A program made the position numbers and the translations under genes. The notes beneath the pieces were generated by a model that was not told where the DNA came from, ran no database searches, and saw nothing but the letters and a program-made list of their open reading frames with translations. DNA of 62,146 nucleotides, filler included. It is 10 parts of 10 records of this genome, joined end to end, with 100 filler letters (N's around TTAATTAATTAA, not from the genome) between each part and the next. Parts side by side here need not be neighbours in the genome. Positions count along the whole stretch, not along the records: positions 35,091 to 47,548 come from SRR15195285_1702; positions 47,649 to 51,650 come from SRR15195285_1709; positions 51,751 to 58,296 come from SRR15195285_1710; 7 more parts are not named here. One strand, 5' to 3'. Numbering within the stretch: the stretch's first letter is position 1; each line of letters opens with the position of its first letter. Of this stretch, positions 41,680 through 53,711 are shown piece after piece.

Positions 41680-43752
41680 TCATCTCCTGCCTTTGCCATG
41701 AGCGACGTGGTCACACTCATTGCCGTCGAAGCCAGGAGAACAATGACACACGTAGCTTCGCACAACGTCGTTTAGGTGCCCGTTGATAGCCGTATCTAGT
41801 GCCACCGATTCTTCACAGATCCCACCGTTCTGACACGGAGCGCTCGCGCAGCAGCCATCCAGGCAAGCATTTGCCACTGGATCAGTGTGGTGGATGTGAC
41901 CGGCTTCCCCTTCAATTGCCGCGCCACCATCTTCATTTGAGTAATGATCAGCCAGGTACTCGTCCTCCACATGCCAGACTTCCACGTCAGTTGCTCCCCA
42001 GTCACCTGGGGCACCACAGACGCCATTCATGGGGTCTGCACCCACAGTATACGTGGAGCCAGTCGCGTGACTGCAACTGCCGCCGATTCCTGGAGCGCCA
42101 CCCATGCCGATACTGAGATCGCCACCCTCAGACGCGCCAAACGCCGGCCACGTGTCGTAATTTACGTAGACGTAGTGCGTATCTGATCCAGTGGCAGTGT
42201 AACGCGTGGGCTCACGTCCTGCTCCAACGAGGCTGAAAACAAAGCTGCTAGTAGCGGTTGAGTCGTAGCAGTAGGTGATGGCTTCACTGCCGACACATTC
42301 GTTGCCAGGGGTGAGGCAGCACTCCGTCACACCGAACGGGCGCGACGAATAGCCACCGAAAACGTCTCCCCGGGAAGTTCGCGCAATGGTCAGTGTACTA
42401 CCATACCCTGCACACACGATAGTGCAGTGCTTAGTTCTTCGATGGTACATGATATCATGGGTAAGACATAGCAGGGGCTCTGTTGCTGTGGCACAGATAA
42501 TTATTGAAGCACAGGCTGCTCACCATCGCAGGCGTGATGGAAAGCGTGTGGCGTCTGTTCGTCCGTGAGAGAGCTGTAGCATCTCTCCCATGTTACTCGC
42601 TGCCCTGGGAAAATCCACTCATTTATCTGATCGCCCTCGGCGGAGGTGATGATCTGGGACCCATCGAACATCACGTCCACAGTCACTTCTTCTGCCTCAC
42701 ATGCCACGATCGCCGCCTCGAAGAGCGGGTCAGTGGACGGGTCGAGTTTGAATCCACAGTCCTCGACGAAAGGAAGCAGCACTGCTGCACATTGTCGGGT
42801 ACACGAGGTTGGAACTCCATCGACGCAGGCACCGGGGGTGGAGCAGCATGCAGCTTCCATCGCTGCGGTTCTCGCGCTGAGGCAGCGTGGATCGCTGTTG
42901 TCCTCTTCACCGCACAGCCGCTGCGCCCATGTATCGTCACCATGGTCAGGGCATGGGCCGTAGGCATCGCGGCCTGAGATCGTATGCAGTCGAGTCAATA
43001 AAGGACACGTGCTACAGAACACTATGTTGGGGAGACAACACTGGGATGAGTTGATTACCGAACATGCAGTGGCAATCGAACCCTTGCTTCTCGCAGTCGT
43101 CTTCCGAGTGCCCCTCGACTAGACACATGCAACACGAGCATCTCGGCGCACACCCAAAGGCTCGAGGGCAGTCTCCGCCGTCGAAGCCGCATTCTGCAGT
43201 GCTGCATTCATCGTCACACACTCCATTGTGCGATTGGTCTTGGCAGTGCCCAAAGAACTCAAACTCAGCGCTGGATCCCCCTTTCTCGTCAACAGGCGCG
43301 TCATTGGGAACGTATGGTGTCCCAATGCCACACTGTCGCGTGGGGCGAAAATCGTCGGCGCTAGGAATGTGGATGACGGGTCCGTTTGACACCGACCTGC
43401 ACGTGGGATCAACGCAGCTGCTGCAGTCTCGTCGCATGAAGCCCTGGCAGCACTCGTTGAATTGCTGATAGTCGTGAAAGGGAAGCCCTTCCGTGCTGAC
43501 CAGAATGGGGTTACACTGCTCGAAAAACTCGCCGAACACGTCCGCGCAGAATTCTGAGGGGCATGTGTCAGGCAGCGTGCAGCCACTCTGCGTGCGCCGG
43601 TGGCCTCCGCCGGGCTGCACAGCACAGCATGCGTCGTTGACCTCCTGTGCCCGAGCGGCAAACTCGCTCACGCTGCATTCGGCGTCCTTCTGTGCTCGGC
43701 TCGACGAGACCGAAAGGAGCCATGCCGCTACAAAGCGCACCGCAACTCCCAT
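41680..43752 (-). CDS. Secreted Cys-rich protein: two helical Cys-rich repeats, LNR/Notch repeat, TLDc domain, EGF domain; 3 exons
   Basis: Signal peptide; LNR NGVCDDECSTAECGFDGGDC; TLDc WERCYSS..D...AFHHACD..GSTLTI...GDVFGGYS..SFVFSL..PAFG..DL..DVEVW; EGF CASAPCQNGGIC...YVCHCSPGFDGNEC. Confidence 0.85.
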
Positions 43753-44109
43753 CCTGGTTTCGTTGGGGGGGCGGGGGGGCGGGCACCGCGCGACGACAGC
43801 GCGCGTGCTAATGCTGTCGCGCTTGATCGTCGTCGCCGCGCGACGCGCGCGCGACGATGCGCGCGCGCGCCCGCTAGATACTAATCCATTTGTTGTATAC
43901 CGGTATGGTACAGAGGTACACGCGCACGAGCCCTCCTCGCCTAATCGTTTTCCGCCGCGCTTGCCACCCCTCCTCCGCGCGTGGCTACAGCTGGCTCAGG
44001 TAGTAGTGCACTTGCTTGCCACGCTGTCAGCGCAGTCTCTCTGATCTAGCCTGTTCGCCGCCCGCCACATCGAATTATCCAGCCTCTGCTGGCTCCAAGT
44101 TGGGCTCCG

Positions 44110-45289
44110 ATGAGACGTTTCAGCGACCTAGGCGCTCTGCGCGATTGCTGTAAGGCAAACGGGGGACAGTTTGTGGTCTACAATCGGTGGGTTCTGGACG
44201 TGCGTGGATTCTCGCACCCGGGGCCGCAGCAGCTAGTGTTGTCAAATGTAGGTGAAGATGTGACGAAGTTGTTCGACGAACGTGGGCATTCATCTTACGC
44301 GCGCGAGCTGTGTGAGCAGATGGCCGTCGGATATATCGGCGAAGCGGAGAGTAAGCCGGGCCAGCTGCTGAGTCATGCGAGGGAAACCATGACGGCTAAG
44401 GAGGAGGCGATCCATAAAAAACTGGACAGTTTCATCGATATCACAAAGCCCCTCGTACCACAAGTGAAGTTGCTCACCAACGAGGAGTACCTGGCGTTCG
44501 TGAGGCGGCCGCGGTATCTGCAAGACACAGACGGCATCAAGCTGCATGCTGACGAGGCAACCGAAAGCGCGAGCAGGTCTGACTACGGACTCAATTTGCG
44601 GCTGGTGACGCCGGTGGTGGCTGTTGAGGTCTTGGTGGCTGCGGCTTGGCATTGGCATGACTATGGACAAGGGAACCGTCATTCGCCAGCATTGCAGTTC
44701 GTCGTGCAGTTTGTGCTGTTTTTCTGCATGTTGGGTATAGGTTTCATATGGACCCTTACGGAGTACTTCTTCCACGCGTTCGTGCTGCACGACGAAATTC
44801 GCCTAGATTCACAGGCTCCCGCAGATGGAGAGAAGAACGCCAACTTATTTGCTCGGCACCTCCATCACCATGTCTTCATGAACCAAAAGCACCGTGTTGT
44901 GTTGAAGCTCAAAACCTACGGTAAGGAAACCATAGATCCACGGTCCTACCAAAGGCATTTGGGTGATTTCGTAGCGTGTGAATGTAGGCACATACGTGCC
45001 GCTAGGCTTTGCATTGGTCATAGTATTGGCCAAATTGAACGTGCTTAGCGGGACCAGCGGCTTGCTGGTACATGCTGGATGGCTCGGTGGCTCGCTTCTG
45101 TACGACGGTATGCACTACTCGTTCCATCATGGACCTGATCTCAAGTTTCGCTGGTATGCGAAGATGAAAGCACAGCATATGCGGCACCACTTTCGCGACA
45201 ATTCGGTGGAGTTCGGGGTCACAAATCCGTGGTGGGACGTGGTATTCGGCACATCGGGTCCGAAACACACGGCGCCAAAAGTGGCCTGA
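44110..45289 (+). CDS. FA2H: Fatty acid 2-hydroxylase (cytochrome b5 plus hydroxylase); 2 exons (intron 44921-44987)
   Basis: b5 motif HPGP and GHS; WTLTEYFFHAFVLH, HLHHH, YDGMHYSFHH, HMRHHF, FGVT..WD.VFGT. Confidence 0.9.
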
Positions 45290-45353
45290 CAGTCTCGAGA
45301 CCAACGCAATCGTATCGTTAAGGGCGTCGCCGTTTGTTCATTCATGCCCTTGG

Positions 45354-47253
45354 CTACTTAACTGCTAGCATACCTGACGCTGATCTCGCCGCCCGTCCGC
45401 GCCGCCTCACAATTACCATACCCAACGCCACTCCAACACCAAACACGCCAGCCACAAATCCTGCAGGCAAGCCTGCCACTTTCAATGCGTGGTTGGAAGG
45501 CTGGCGTTGCGGCGGTGCTGGACAGGGCGCGAGTGGACGAGCAGAAGTAGCGGGTCGAAGAGTGTCAAGCTGCTTGCGCAGCCGCTCCCCAACCTCCCAG
45601 CCCTGCCATAGCACAGCATTGTCAGCCACGGCTCTGGTGCATGCATAGCCTGCGTTGAGAATGCAATGGAGCTGCAAAGTTGAGTTTGCCTATTCAGTTG
45701 CATGACAAGTAAACGCACCCAGTGTCCCCAAGAGAGACCATATGCTAGAGTTGTGTCAAAACCGACAAAGTAAAGCGTCGGCTCCGCCACGCTCTGACAC
45801 CGACCGTCTGTCACAGGCAGCCGCTCTTGGGTAGAGGGCGACAACTTCGTAAGCACTATATCTGCAAGCGTTGGTTCCAGCAGCTGCATCAAGCCGTGAC
45901 GGTAGCCTGTCCCAAGGACCACCGCGTCGCAAGGTATCAAATCACTGCCATGACTGGCGCTCTGGAGCCGCAGCCCATCTCGGTGGATCGCCTCAACAGG
46001 CCCTTGCTTCACCATCACTTGCCCCTGAGCTCACAAACAAAGAGTCACATCGGTAAGCATTCCCACCATTGTTTCAAACGAAACCAACACAATTTCACAC
46101 GTCTATGCATGGTAGCGAGCGCACGAACGTTTGCAAGCAGAGGCGCAAGCCCGACGTCCAGGGTTGGCATTCGCGGCGGAGCTGTGGTGACCCTACTATC
46201 TAGATTGCCGTTGCCTTCACTCAACGAGTACGCCGGCCCAACCTGCTGCAGCCGAGCCCGCTCCGTCTCTGGGCCTAGCTCAGGCCGCTGGATGCCATAC
46301 CGACCTAGATCAAGGGAAAAGTACTGGAGAACTTGGTCGACCTGTGATGCATTTGCTGCCCACTCAGGTGAGCCCTGGCCGATGTGCTGCAGCTCGGACA
46401 GCGTTTCTTGAGGGCTGCATGGGCTCGTCGCGTACCAGGCAGACGCGCGCACGTTCAGATCTTATGTGCAATGAGAGAAGCACGAAGCAAAACAGTACGA
46501 GTTTCTACTGTATAGCTCTCACTCCGTAAGAGCCTGCTCGATCCAGTGCACCCAGCTGAGCTTCCGCAGGTCGAGAAAGTGCCGTGGTCCAGATACAACC
46601 ATCGTGACTGACCTCGCGCCATGCTCGACCAAATCCACGCATATCTCTGCAGCAGAATTGCCCGACCCGACAACTGCCACATCCTTGTCTACGAACCGTG
46701 CTCCGTTTGCATAGTGGCGGCTATGGACCACGTCCCCACCACGCTGCAGAAATGCCGACGTACCAGGCTGCTCGTGGCTCGCAAAGCTGGGCACGTGCGG
46801 CAGCCGCGCTGCACCGGTACAGAGTGCGACTGCCTTCGCGTGGAAAATCCGCCCAGTCTCGGTCGTTACCGTCCAGCCGGATGGCCAGTCATCGCGCGGC
46901 GGCGCTCTGGCGATGGATGCCACCGGCGTCTCGTAGTGCACCTCAACACCCGGACGCAACCTATGCAGCGCGCAGTACTCGTTCAGGTAGCGGACGAGTT
47001 CAGACTTGCTCTTGTACATTGAGTAATTGCCGCGGCTTTCGAGGTCGCCATCGTGTAGCAGCCGGTGGCGTGGCGTGTGAAGCCGCAGCCGGTCGTAATG
47101 GCCGCCGAAGCCAGCGCCGGCCTCGGGTCCTGCCTCAAGCAGCGCGAAACTGACGCCGAAGTGACGCAGCGCCGCCGCCAGCGCCACCCCGCAGAAGCCC
47201 CCACCGACGACCACGACCTCTACCTCGTCCGTCGCGCCCGTCGCGTTCGTCAT
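45354..47253 (-). CDS. Flavin-containing monooxygenase (class B, YUCCA/bacterial-FMO-like) with C-terminal membrane anchor; about 4 exons
   Basis: FAD motif VVGGGFCG, YDRLRLH, ALCTG, FMO motif VVHSRHY, NADPH motif VVGSGNSAAEI, LGTGY, LYFVGF; C-terminal TM GFVAGVFGVGVALGMVIV followed by RRR. Confidence 0.88.
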
Positions 47254-47548
47254 CTGGGACGGGCTGCACCAGCTAGCGCAGCTTTGTACGCAGCCAGCTG
47301 ATTCTACGTACACCTCCAGTGGTTCTACGTATATCGTCTAGGGGCGCGCGCCCACCGAGCTGACGCCGGCGACGCGACCCGGCCGGCGCACGAGGTACCG
47401 GTGTATGCTGACTACCGTTCGTTCTTTTGTATGATTTTTTTTTAAATCGTAATAACAATGAACTTAGTATATGTACCAACATTTTTGTACGGAGCGAGCA
47501 CGCACGCGCAGGGTCGGTAACGATCCGGTCTTCAAATGCATGTGCCCA

Positions 47549-47648
47549 NNNNNNNNNNNNNNNNNNNNNNNNNNNNNNNNNNNNNNNNNNNNTTAATTAA
47601 TTAANNNNNNNNNNNNNNNNNNNNNNNNNNNNNNNNNNNNNNNNNNNN
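47549..47648. other. Artificial contig spacer
   Basis: N44-TTAATTAATTAA-N44. Confidence 0.97.
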
Positions 47649-48717
47649 ATGGGTGGTGGAGCAGAGATGATGCCTCGGCATGACGGTCACAGGGACGAGC
47701 TGTGTCAGTATCATATGGCAGGTGCGACTTGTGGTTGCCGATGATTGACAGCCCATCTTGCAGACCTGACTGTGTCGGCACATCGTCACCGCTCTTGCTT
47801 GCAGGCTACTGTGCGAACGGTCTGAGCTGCCCTTTCATCCACGGGGATATCTGCCCGACTTGTGGTATCGCGTGTCTTAACCCGTTTGACGAGAAGGCGA
47901 GGGAGGAGCACATGGAGATGTGCATGGAGGCAGTGATGGTCCACCAGGAGTCAGAAGCGAGCCGTGGTCTGCAGTGTGGGATATGCTTGGAGACGCCCTA
48001 CGAAGCTGGAATCAAGTTCGGCATCTTGCCTAATTGCGTGCACGTCTTTTGCCTGGACTGCATCCGCTCCTGGCGCACGAATACAGATGCTTTCGGCTCG
48101 GATGCTGTGCGGGTGTGCCCGGTCTGCCGCGTCGAGAGCTACTTCGTAGTACCGTGCGAACGGTTTGTCGATAACTCTGACCCTGCGCGCAAGCAGAAGG
48201 TGCTCGACGGCTATAAGGAGAGCCTTTCGCGGATCCCGTGCGCAAGCTGGCCACCACCTCATCCTAATCCGTGAACCTCCACCCGACAAGCCTGCGATCG
48301 GCTGGCGGTGCTGAGTGATGGCCATCCACATGATGCTTGTTGCATTTGTAGGTGCCGGTACTTCAAGTTCGGTGAGGGCACCTGCCCATTTTCTGTTGGT
48401 GGGACGTTGTCGGGGTCGGGCGGCTGTATGTACGCCCACACCGCACGGGATGGCAAGCCAATTGATGGGGACAGGCTGTACATGGGACAGGATGGCGAGT
48501 TGCAGCGCGTTAAAACGTACGTGATGCTGCCCCTCGCGTTGTGCCCTCTGGACGCTGCTAACACCCACGGACAGCCCGTTGCTGCTGATGCTCACTCTCA
48601 CTTGTCCCGTGCTTGTCCTGGCTGTGTGCTGCGTCTCGCACGCGTGCGTGCAGGTACGATCTCTGCGACTTCATCGCCCCAAAGCCCAAGCAAGGTGCAA
48701 GAAAAAAGAAGAAATAG
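47649..48717 (+). CDS. MKRN: Makorin-family CCCH/RING E3 ubiquitin ligase (5'-truncated, multi-exon)
   Basis: CCCH GYCANGLSCPFIHG, makorin Cys-His motif CPTCG.ACLNP..H...C, RING CGICLE..FGILPNCVHVFCLDCIRSWR..CPVCR..SYFVVP, last CCCH IPC|RYF..G.GTCPF..CMYAH. Confidence 0.92.
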
Positions 48718-48870
48718 TCTGATTCTTTTCGAGAACAAGAAATCATGAGTAGTACACAGGACGCTTTGTTTTCAAATGAAAACTCTACAATTGAATGAGC
48801 AGCATGCTCCCATCGCCTGTTGCTGCAGGCTTCGTCTCCAATTAGTGTACCATCATTATCGTATTGTATG

Positions 48871-51226
48871 CTAGTTGTCCTTCATATTGAAGCTCGCTTC
48901 GTAGGTGTTGCAATCGAGCTCGATTGTCGCCTTGGTCCACTCTCTTCTCCACACGCCACTACCTGAGCTCGTCTCATGGCACACGCTGCCTGATTGCGGC
49001 TCCCCAAAATCAGTGTCCAACGCTACAATCAGGCAGCGTGGTTGAATTCAATCAGCTGCGGCACAACTTGAAGGGCGATGTCGAGTGCTCAATTCAGGCT
49101 AGAGTCGAGCTTCGGTGCTCAAGGACCAGACAATCTTACCGTCGGGGCGAGGGAACGGGTGCGAATCGAAAGGTTTAGGAAAGCGGCACGGCTTGCAGTC
49201 GTCTTGAATGCACATTGGGTCACAGTGGCCTACCATGATTGTATGCCAACAAGGTGAGATGCAGATGCAGGGCAGGACAGAGGGCGCCAAGATGCCAGCA
49301 TTGCTTAGCACTGCCAAAAGAACACAATCATGGCAAATCAAACATTTGTTGAGATCGAGCAGAAAGGCGTACCGTGAGGACCACCAACAGCCGGTGTCCC
49401 TGAGTCAGTGCATCCGCTCCACACGTATCCTAGCCAAGCGTAGCGTCCCCGTGCGAGCAAAAATGTCGCGCTAGTTCACAGCAAACGAGTCCTCAGATTC
49501 GCGTACACATGCAGATTGTAAGCATGCATGCAGAGCGCGTGCTATACCGCAATCAATTGTCGGTGGCCGTTGTGGGTGATTGTCGAGCAACTACTCACAG
49601 GTCCTGTTCAAAATAAGGCAGTGTCGCGTTGGCATGCCAAAGCTGCGTGTGGCTAAGACGCGTGAACTCAAGCAAGAGGGCCTGATCGTGAACGTTCGGT
49701 CTACCAGTCGTTGCATTTATCTTGCAAATTGCCGCCATATCTTTTGCGCAGTGCGTTTTAGGATCTGATTCCTGAAACAAGCAAAGCAATCCAATAGCAC
49801 GAGCATCATGAGTTCAAGGCGAGGAGGCACCACCACTAGTCCACCAGACTGAGATGCATACCCAGATAGGCATGATTGGAGATCAATCTACTGAGCGCAC
49901 ATTCCGTGGCATGCCGATGAAATAGGGCACTGCGAAACCACCCTTGGCAAGCACGGCCTCGCCTACAGCAGCAGTGTTCACTCGCCAGGCATTCTGCATG
50001 TCCTCCTGCTCAGCAAGTGTCAGACCAGTATCCTCTACATTGTGCAGATCCATTTCGCTGGCCCCGGTGCGCCCCCAGTTGTCATCAAAGACTGCAAGAT
50101 GTTGAGCTGGTCAGAAAGGTATCAAACTCGATACAATGTACACCACAGAGCAAGCAGCGATCGATCGCCGTCAGGATGGTCAAGTGTTGATGAACGCACA
50201 GAAGCCGTCTATGTAGGGCGAATCGATGCCATCTTCCCCACCAACGAAGTCATCAATGAACCATTGCCTCAACATCGAGCCGTTTCGGTGATCGAATACA
50301 TCTGTGGCAAAACAGACAAAATTCTTGTCACTGTTGTCCCCGATAATCATTGCCATGTGTGGGCTGGTCATCATGAAGTCTCCATTTCCATGAAAGTCTC
50401 CATGATGACCAGAGGCAATCTAAAATCACGATTTTGCTACAACGACGCTGGGAACGCCTACATTCGCCACAAGGCACTCCACAGCACGCTTGTGAGCCCG
50501 TGCCATTTGTGGGGCATGTCTTCCCGTGGATCGTCTGTTCTTGGTCATGATACAAGGCGGTACCTTGTCGAGGCACGTGGCATCCATCCTCGCCAGGAAT
50601 TACATTCGGGTCGGAAGCAGAAGCATTGCATTTGAAGGGAAGGAAGAACCCAGAATATGCTGGGTCAACCAGTTTCTCTCGTACACTTTTGTACCAGGGC
50701 AACGCCTTCACCATGTTTCGGTAAACGAAAACCTTGGTGTTGTTGTTTGCAGCTTTCGTCATTGCAGCCTGGACGCGAAGGTTTTGTTGGCATGTCTCTG
50801 GGACTTGCTCAGAGTAGCCACCATACTGCTCGCCGTCCCACGTTTGGTTGGCCCCGTGGACCCAGTTGCTCCAATCGAAATCCGCGATACCCCACTTGGC
50901 TGCGAACTCAGTAGTGAAGGGTCCTGTGTTATTGCAAGCCATCAGGAACTGCGCCGCACCGCACAGGGTCAGCTGGGTTGGAAAGCACGCCGCGGTGCAT
51001 TGCATTGAATTGATTGCAGCGCACTGACAGTACGAGTGCATCATGGAGGCAGTGGCATGATAGGAACGGCTGATCAGGAGATAGCTGTGGTCGTGCTTGC
51101 CGTGCTCTGATTCATCTGATATGTTGGCGTCCACTTCGGGAGCTTCGTACCGTGGATCATCTGTGCGCTGACATGATGAGCTGCAATGCTCAGCAGCGCC
51201 AACGTGCCTGCAAGCAAGGAAGCCAT
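48871..51226 (-). CDS. Secreted putative glycoside hydrolase (GHL15/GH168-like TIM barrel), about 10 short exons
   Basis: Signal peptide MASLLAGTLALLSIAA; WGIADFDWSN, KVFVYRN..KALPWY, DHRNGS..WFI..YIDGF; last exon LDTDFGEP...GVWRREWTKATIELDCN. Confidence 0.65.
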
Positions 51227-51650
51227 CGTCCCGCCCCAGCAGCAATGCCCAGCAGCCACGCCCGGTGCCGCGTGCACCGCGCAACTGGTGCACCGGCCGC
51301 GCCGGCGCCGGCGATCGCGATCGCGGCGGCACCGTGGCATCGGTACGCACGCACGCGCGCGCGCGCGCGCAGGCGCGCGCCGCGCCGCTGGGCACAGCTA
51401 TACACGAGCTAGCTAGCTAGACTATACCGGTATGTATCTAGGATATTAAAATTGTAGAATAGTACCCGAATCGTTTCGTCGGGGGCAGAATTACATGCAT
51501 ACTATGAATAGTATGGCAAACAGGTGTCACCGTTGAGTACTATTATTTTAAGCTACAATTCGAATGGTAGCACGGCGCGCGCGGCTTCGAATTCGACCCG
51601 GAATCAGATTACCTCCTTTTTCCATACTTTTCGATGGGTGGGTGGGGCGG

Positions 51651-51750
51651 NNNNNNNNNNNNNNNNNNNNNNNNNNNNNNNNNNNNNNNNNNNNTTAATT
51701 AATTAANNNNNNNNNNNNNNNNNNNNNNNNNNNNNNNNNNNNNNNNNNNN
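51651..51750. other. Artificial contig spacer
   Basis: N44-TTAATTAATTAA-N44. Confidence 0.97.
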
Positions 51751-51998
51751 GTGTGTGTGTGTGTGTGTGTGTGTGTGCGTATCTCTGTGTCTGTGTGTGT
51801 GTGGGTGTGCCTGTGGCGTACGCCTCTGCAGGCCCTCAGCTTAGCTCCCTCGCCCTCTCTATCGCGCGCGCTCTCCCTGTCTGTCTCTGCGTGCGTGCGT
51901 GCGTGCGCGCGTTGTTCGTGTGCGTGTGCGTGTGCGTGTGTGCGTTTGAGTCGCATGTCTGTGCCTGCATGACGCGCGCTCTGCGTGCGTGTGTGCAG
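51751..51998. repeat. (GT)n / (GTGC)n-rich intron remnant at contig edge
   Basis: gtgtgt... and gcgtgcgt tracts ending at acceptor gtgcag (51998). Confidence 0.85.
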
Positions 51999-53573
51999 GG
52001 TCGCGATGAGGATATCGACCCGGCGCAGCTCTCGGGCAAGCTCGGCTCCTGCGAGCTCGGCGAGGCGAGCCTGGCGCAGGTCCTCCAGTCCTGCGGGTAT
52101 CTGCTCAAGCAGGCGGGGAAGGGTGGCGGCCACGACAGGGACAAACTGACGGAGAAGCTCGATCCACTGGGTTTCAGCGCTGAGCAGGTGGACAAGCTCG
52201 CGGAGGTGCTGCAGTGGGTCAAGGACGGCGCCACCGTCGAGCCCATCCCTCTGCCCCCTCACGTCCTGGACGCGCCGGACTCAGACGAGGAGGAGGGCGC
52301 TGATCTTGACAGTGAAAGTCTACACTGGTCAGCCATTGTCGGAGAGAAGGCGAAGCTCGAGCGCATGCTGGCGAAGCCTGGCATTCAGATCGACGGCGTG
52401 GATGAACGTGGCTACACAGCGTTCCATCAGGCTTGCGGCAACGGTCATGTCGACTGCGTCAAGGTGCTTGTCGACGCACAGTGCGACACCACCAAGCGCA
52501 ATGCCGTGCGTCTGACTGGGTGGCAGCTTGCGAGCTCGATGAAAAAGGCGGAGGTCTGCAAGCTGCTCGAGAGCTACGCAGCCAACGGCCACGCAGGGCT
52601 TGTCGCGGAGAAGGATGGCACACTCGCCGAGACCGACGACGCCGCAACCGACGACACCGCGGCCAAATCCAAAAAGGAGATGTGGACCGTCAAGATTGAG
52701 GCCGCCGACAAAGACATGACGGGCAAGTTCTCGGTCTACGTGGTCGAGGTCTGGGGCGAGTCCAAGCGTCTCGCAGTGACCCACCGGCGCTACAGCGAGT
52801 TCGACCGGTTGCGCAAGGAACTTCTCGCCAGCCTAGGCGAGGCGAGCGAGGACCACGATAAGATTGAGAAGCTGCCCTTCCCGAAGAAGACCCTCCTTCC
52901 TACTTCGAAAAACTCGAAAGCGGTGCAGGACAAACGCTCGGTCGAGCTCATGAAATGGTTGAATGCTGCCCTCGGTATTGTCGGAAAGGCGCCAGAGCTC
53001 TGCTCTTTCCTTGGTCTCTCTCCGGAGTTCATTGGCATCACGATCGTGAAGGAGAAGAAGATAGAAGCATACGAATGCCTGTTCAAGGTGGAATCCATGC
53101 CGCCCGCCAAGGGGCTTACGACCGTGGCTCTGCCGGACCAGATTCTCATGGGCGTTGACATGACTGGGGTGCAGCTCTTTGATGCGAAAACCCGGGCGCG
53201 TATTGACGGCGAAGGTTACCCATACCATCTGATCCGCTCATGGTCATGGCACCAGCCGTCTGAGGACGACTGGTACGTGGTGCTGACGTTCGGTGAAGAC
53301 CAGAAGGGATTTAAGCTGCAGTTTCAGACCGACGAGGGCAAGGATATCTGCGCGAAGATGCGGGCTTTTGCCACAGAGCTTGCTGTGAATCTCCGCAAGG
53401 AGTCGCTCGAACAGATGGCCACGCCGGCACTGCACACAAAACTTGCAGAGCTGCAGGCGAGGTTGCGACGCGCTGAGGCGAGGGAGTCCGGATCGTTCAA
53501 GAAGCACACGAAACTGCAAGCAGAAATCACTGCGGTGGAAGAGGTACTTGCCAAGAGGGGCGAGGGGGCGTAA
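51999..53573 (+). CDS. Ankyrin-PX-PTB/FERM-F3 protein (sorting-nexin-like), 5'-truncated, with COMMD-N-like helical region
   Basis: Ankyrin DERGYTAFHQACGNGHVDCVKVLV; PX VYVVEV...RRYSEFDRL...LPFPKK...R..EL..WL; PTB-like MGVDMTGVQLFD..YPYHLIRSW..FQTDEG.DI; C-terminal coiled coil. Confidence 0.82.
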   Translation, partial: GRDEDIDPAQLSGKLGSCELGEASLAQVLQSCGYLLKQAGKGGGHDRDKLTEKLDPLGFSAEQVDKLAEVLQWVKDGATVEPIPLPPHVLDAPDSDEEEGADLDSESLHWSAIVGEKAKLERMLAKPGIQIDGVDERGYTAFHQACGNGHVDCVKVLVDAQCDTTKRNAVRLTGWQLASSMKKAEVCKLLESYAANGHAGLVAEKDGTLAETDDAATDDTAAKSKKEMWTVKIEAADKDMTGKFSVYVVEVWGESKRLAVTHRRYSEFDRLRKELLASLGEASEDHDKIEKLPFPKKTLLPTSKNSKAVQDKRSVELMKWLNAALGIVGKAPELCSFLGLSPEFIGITIVKEKKIEAYECLFKVESMPPAKGLTTVALPDQILMGVDMTGVQLFDAKTRARIDGEGYPYHLIRSWSWHQPSEDDWYVVLTFGEDQKGFKLQFQTDEGKDICAKMRAFATELAVNLRKESLEQMATPALHTKLAELQARLRRAEARESGSFKKHTKLQAEITAVEEVLAKRGEGA

Positions 53574-53711
53574 TATCGTAGCTCTGGAGTCAGTAGAAGC
53601 GAGCTGGTGCAGGCCGAGGCGGCTCGTTTTCCCTCACTCCACATGCATTCTTTTTCGAATACCTGATATGCAATTATTTATATCTTTACAACAGATTACA
53701 TGGTGTGGCAT

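Noticed and set aside
41352-41765. 137-aa minus-strand ORF overlapping the TLDc/EGF gene end
   Set aside because: Alternative frame running into the 3' UTR; no recognisable motifs
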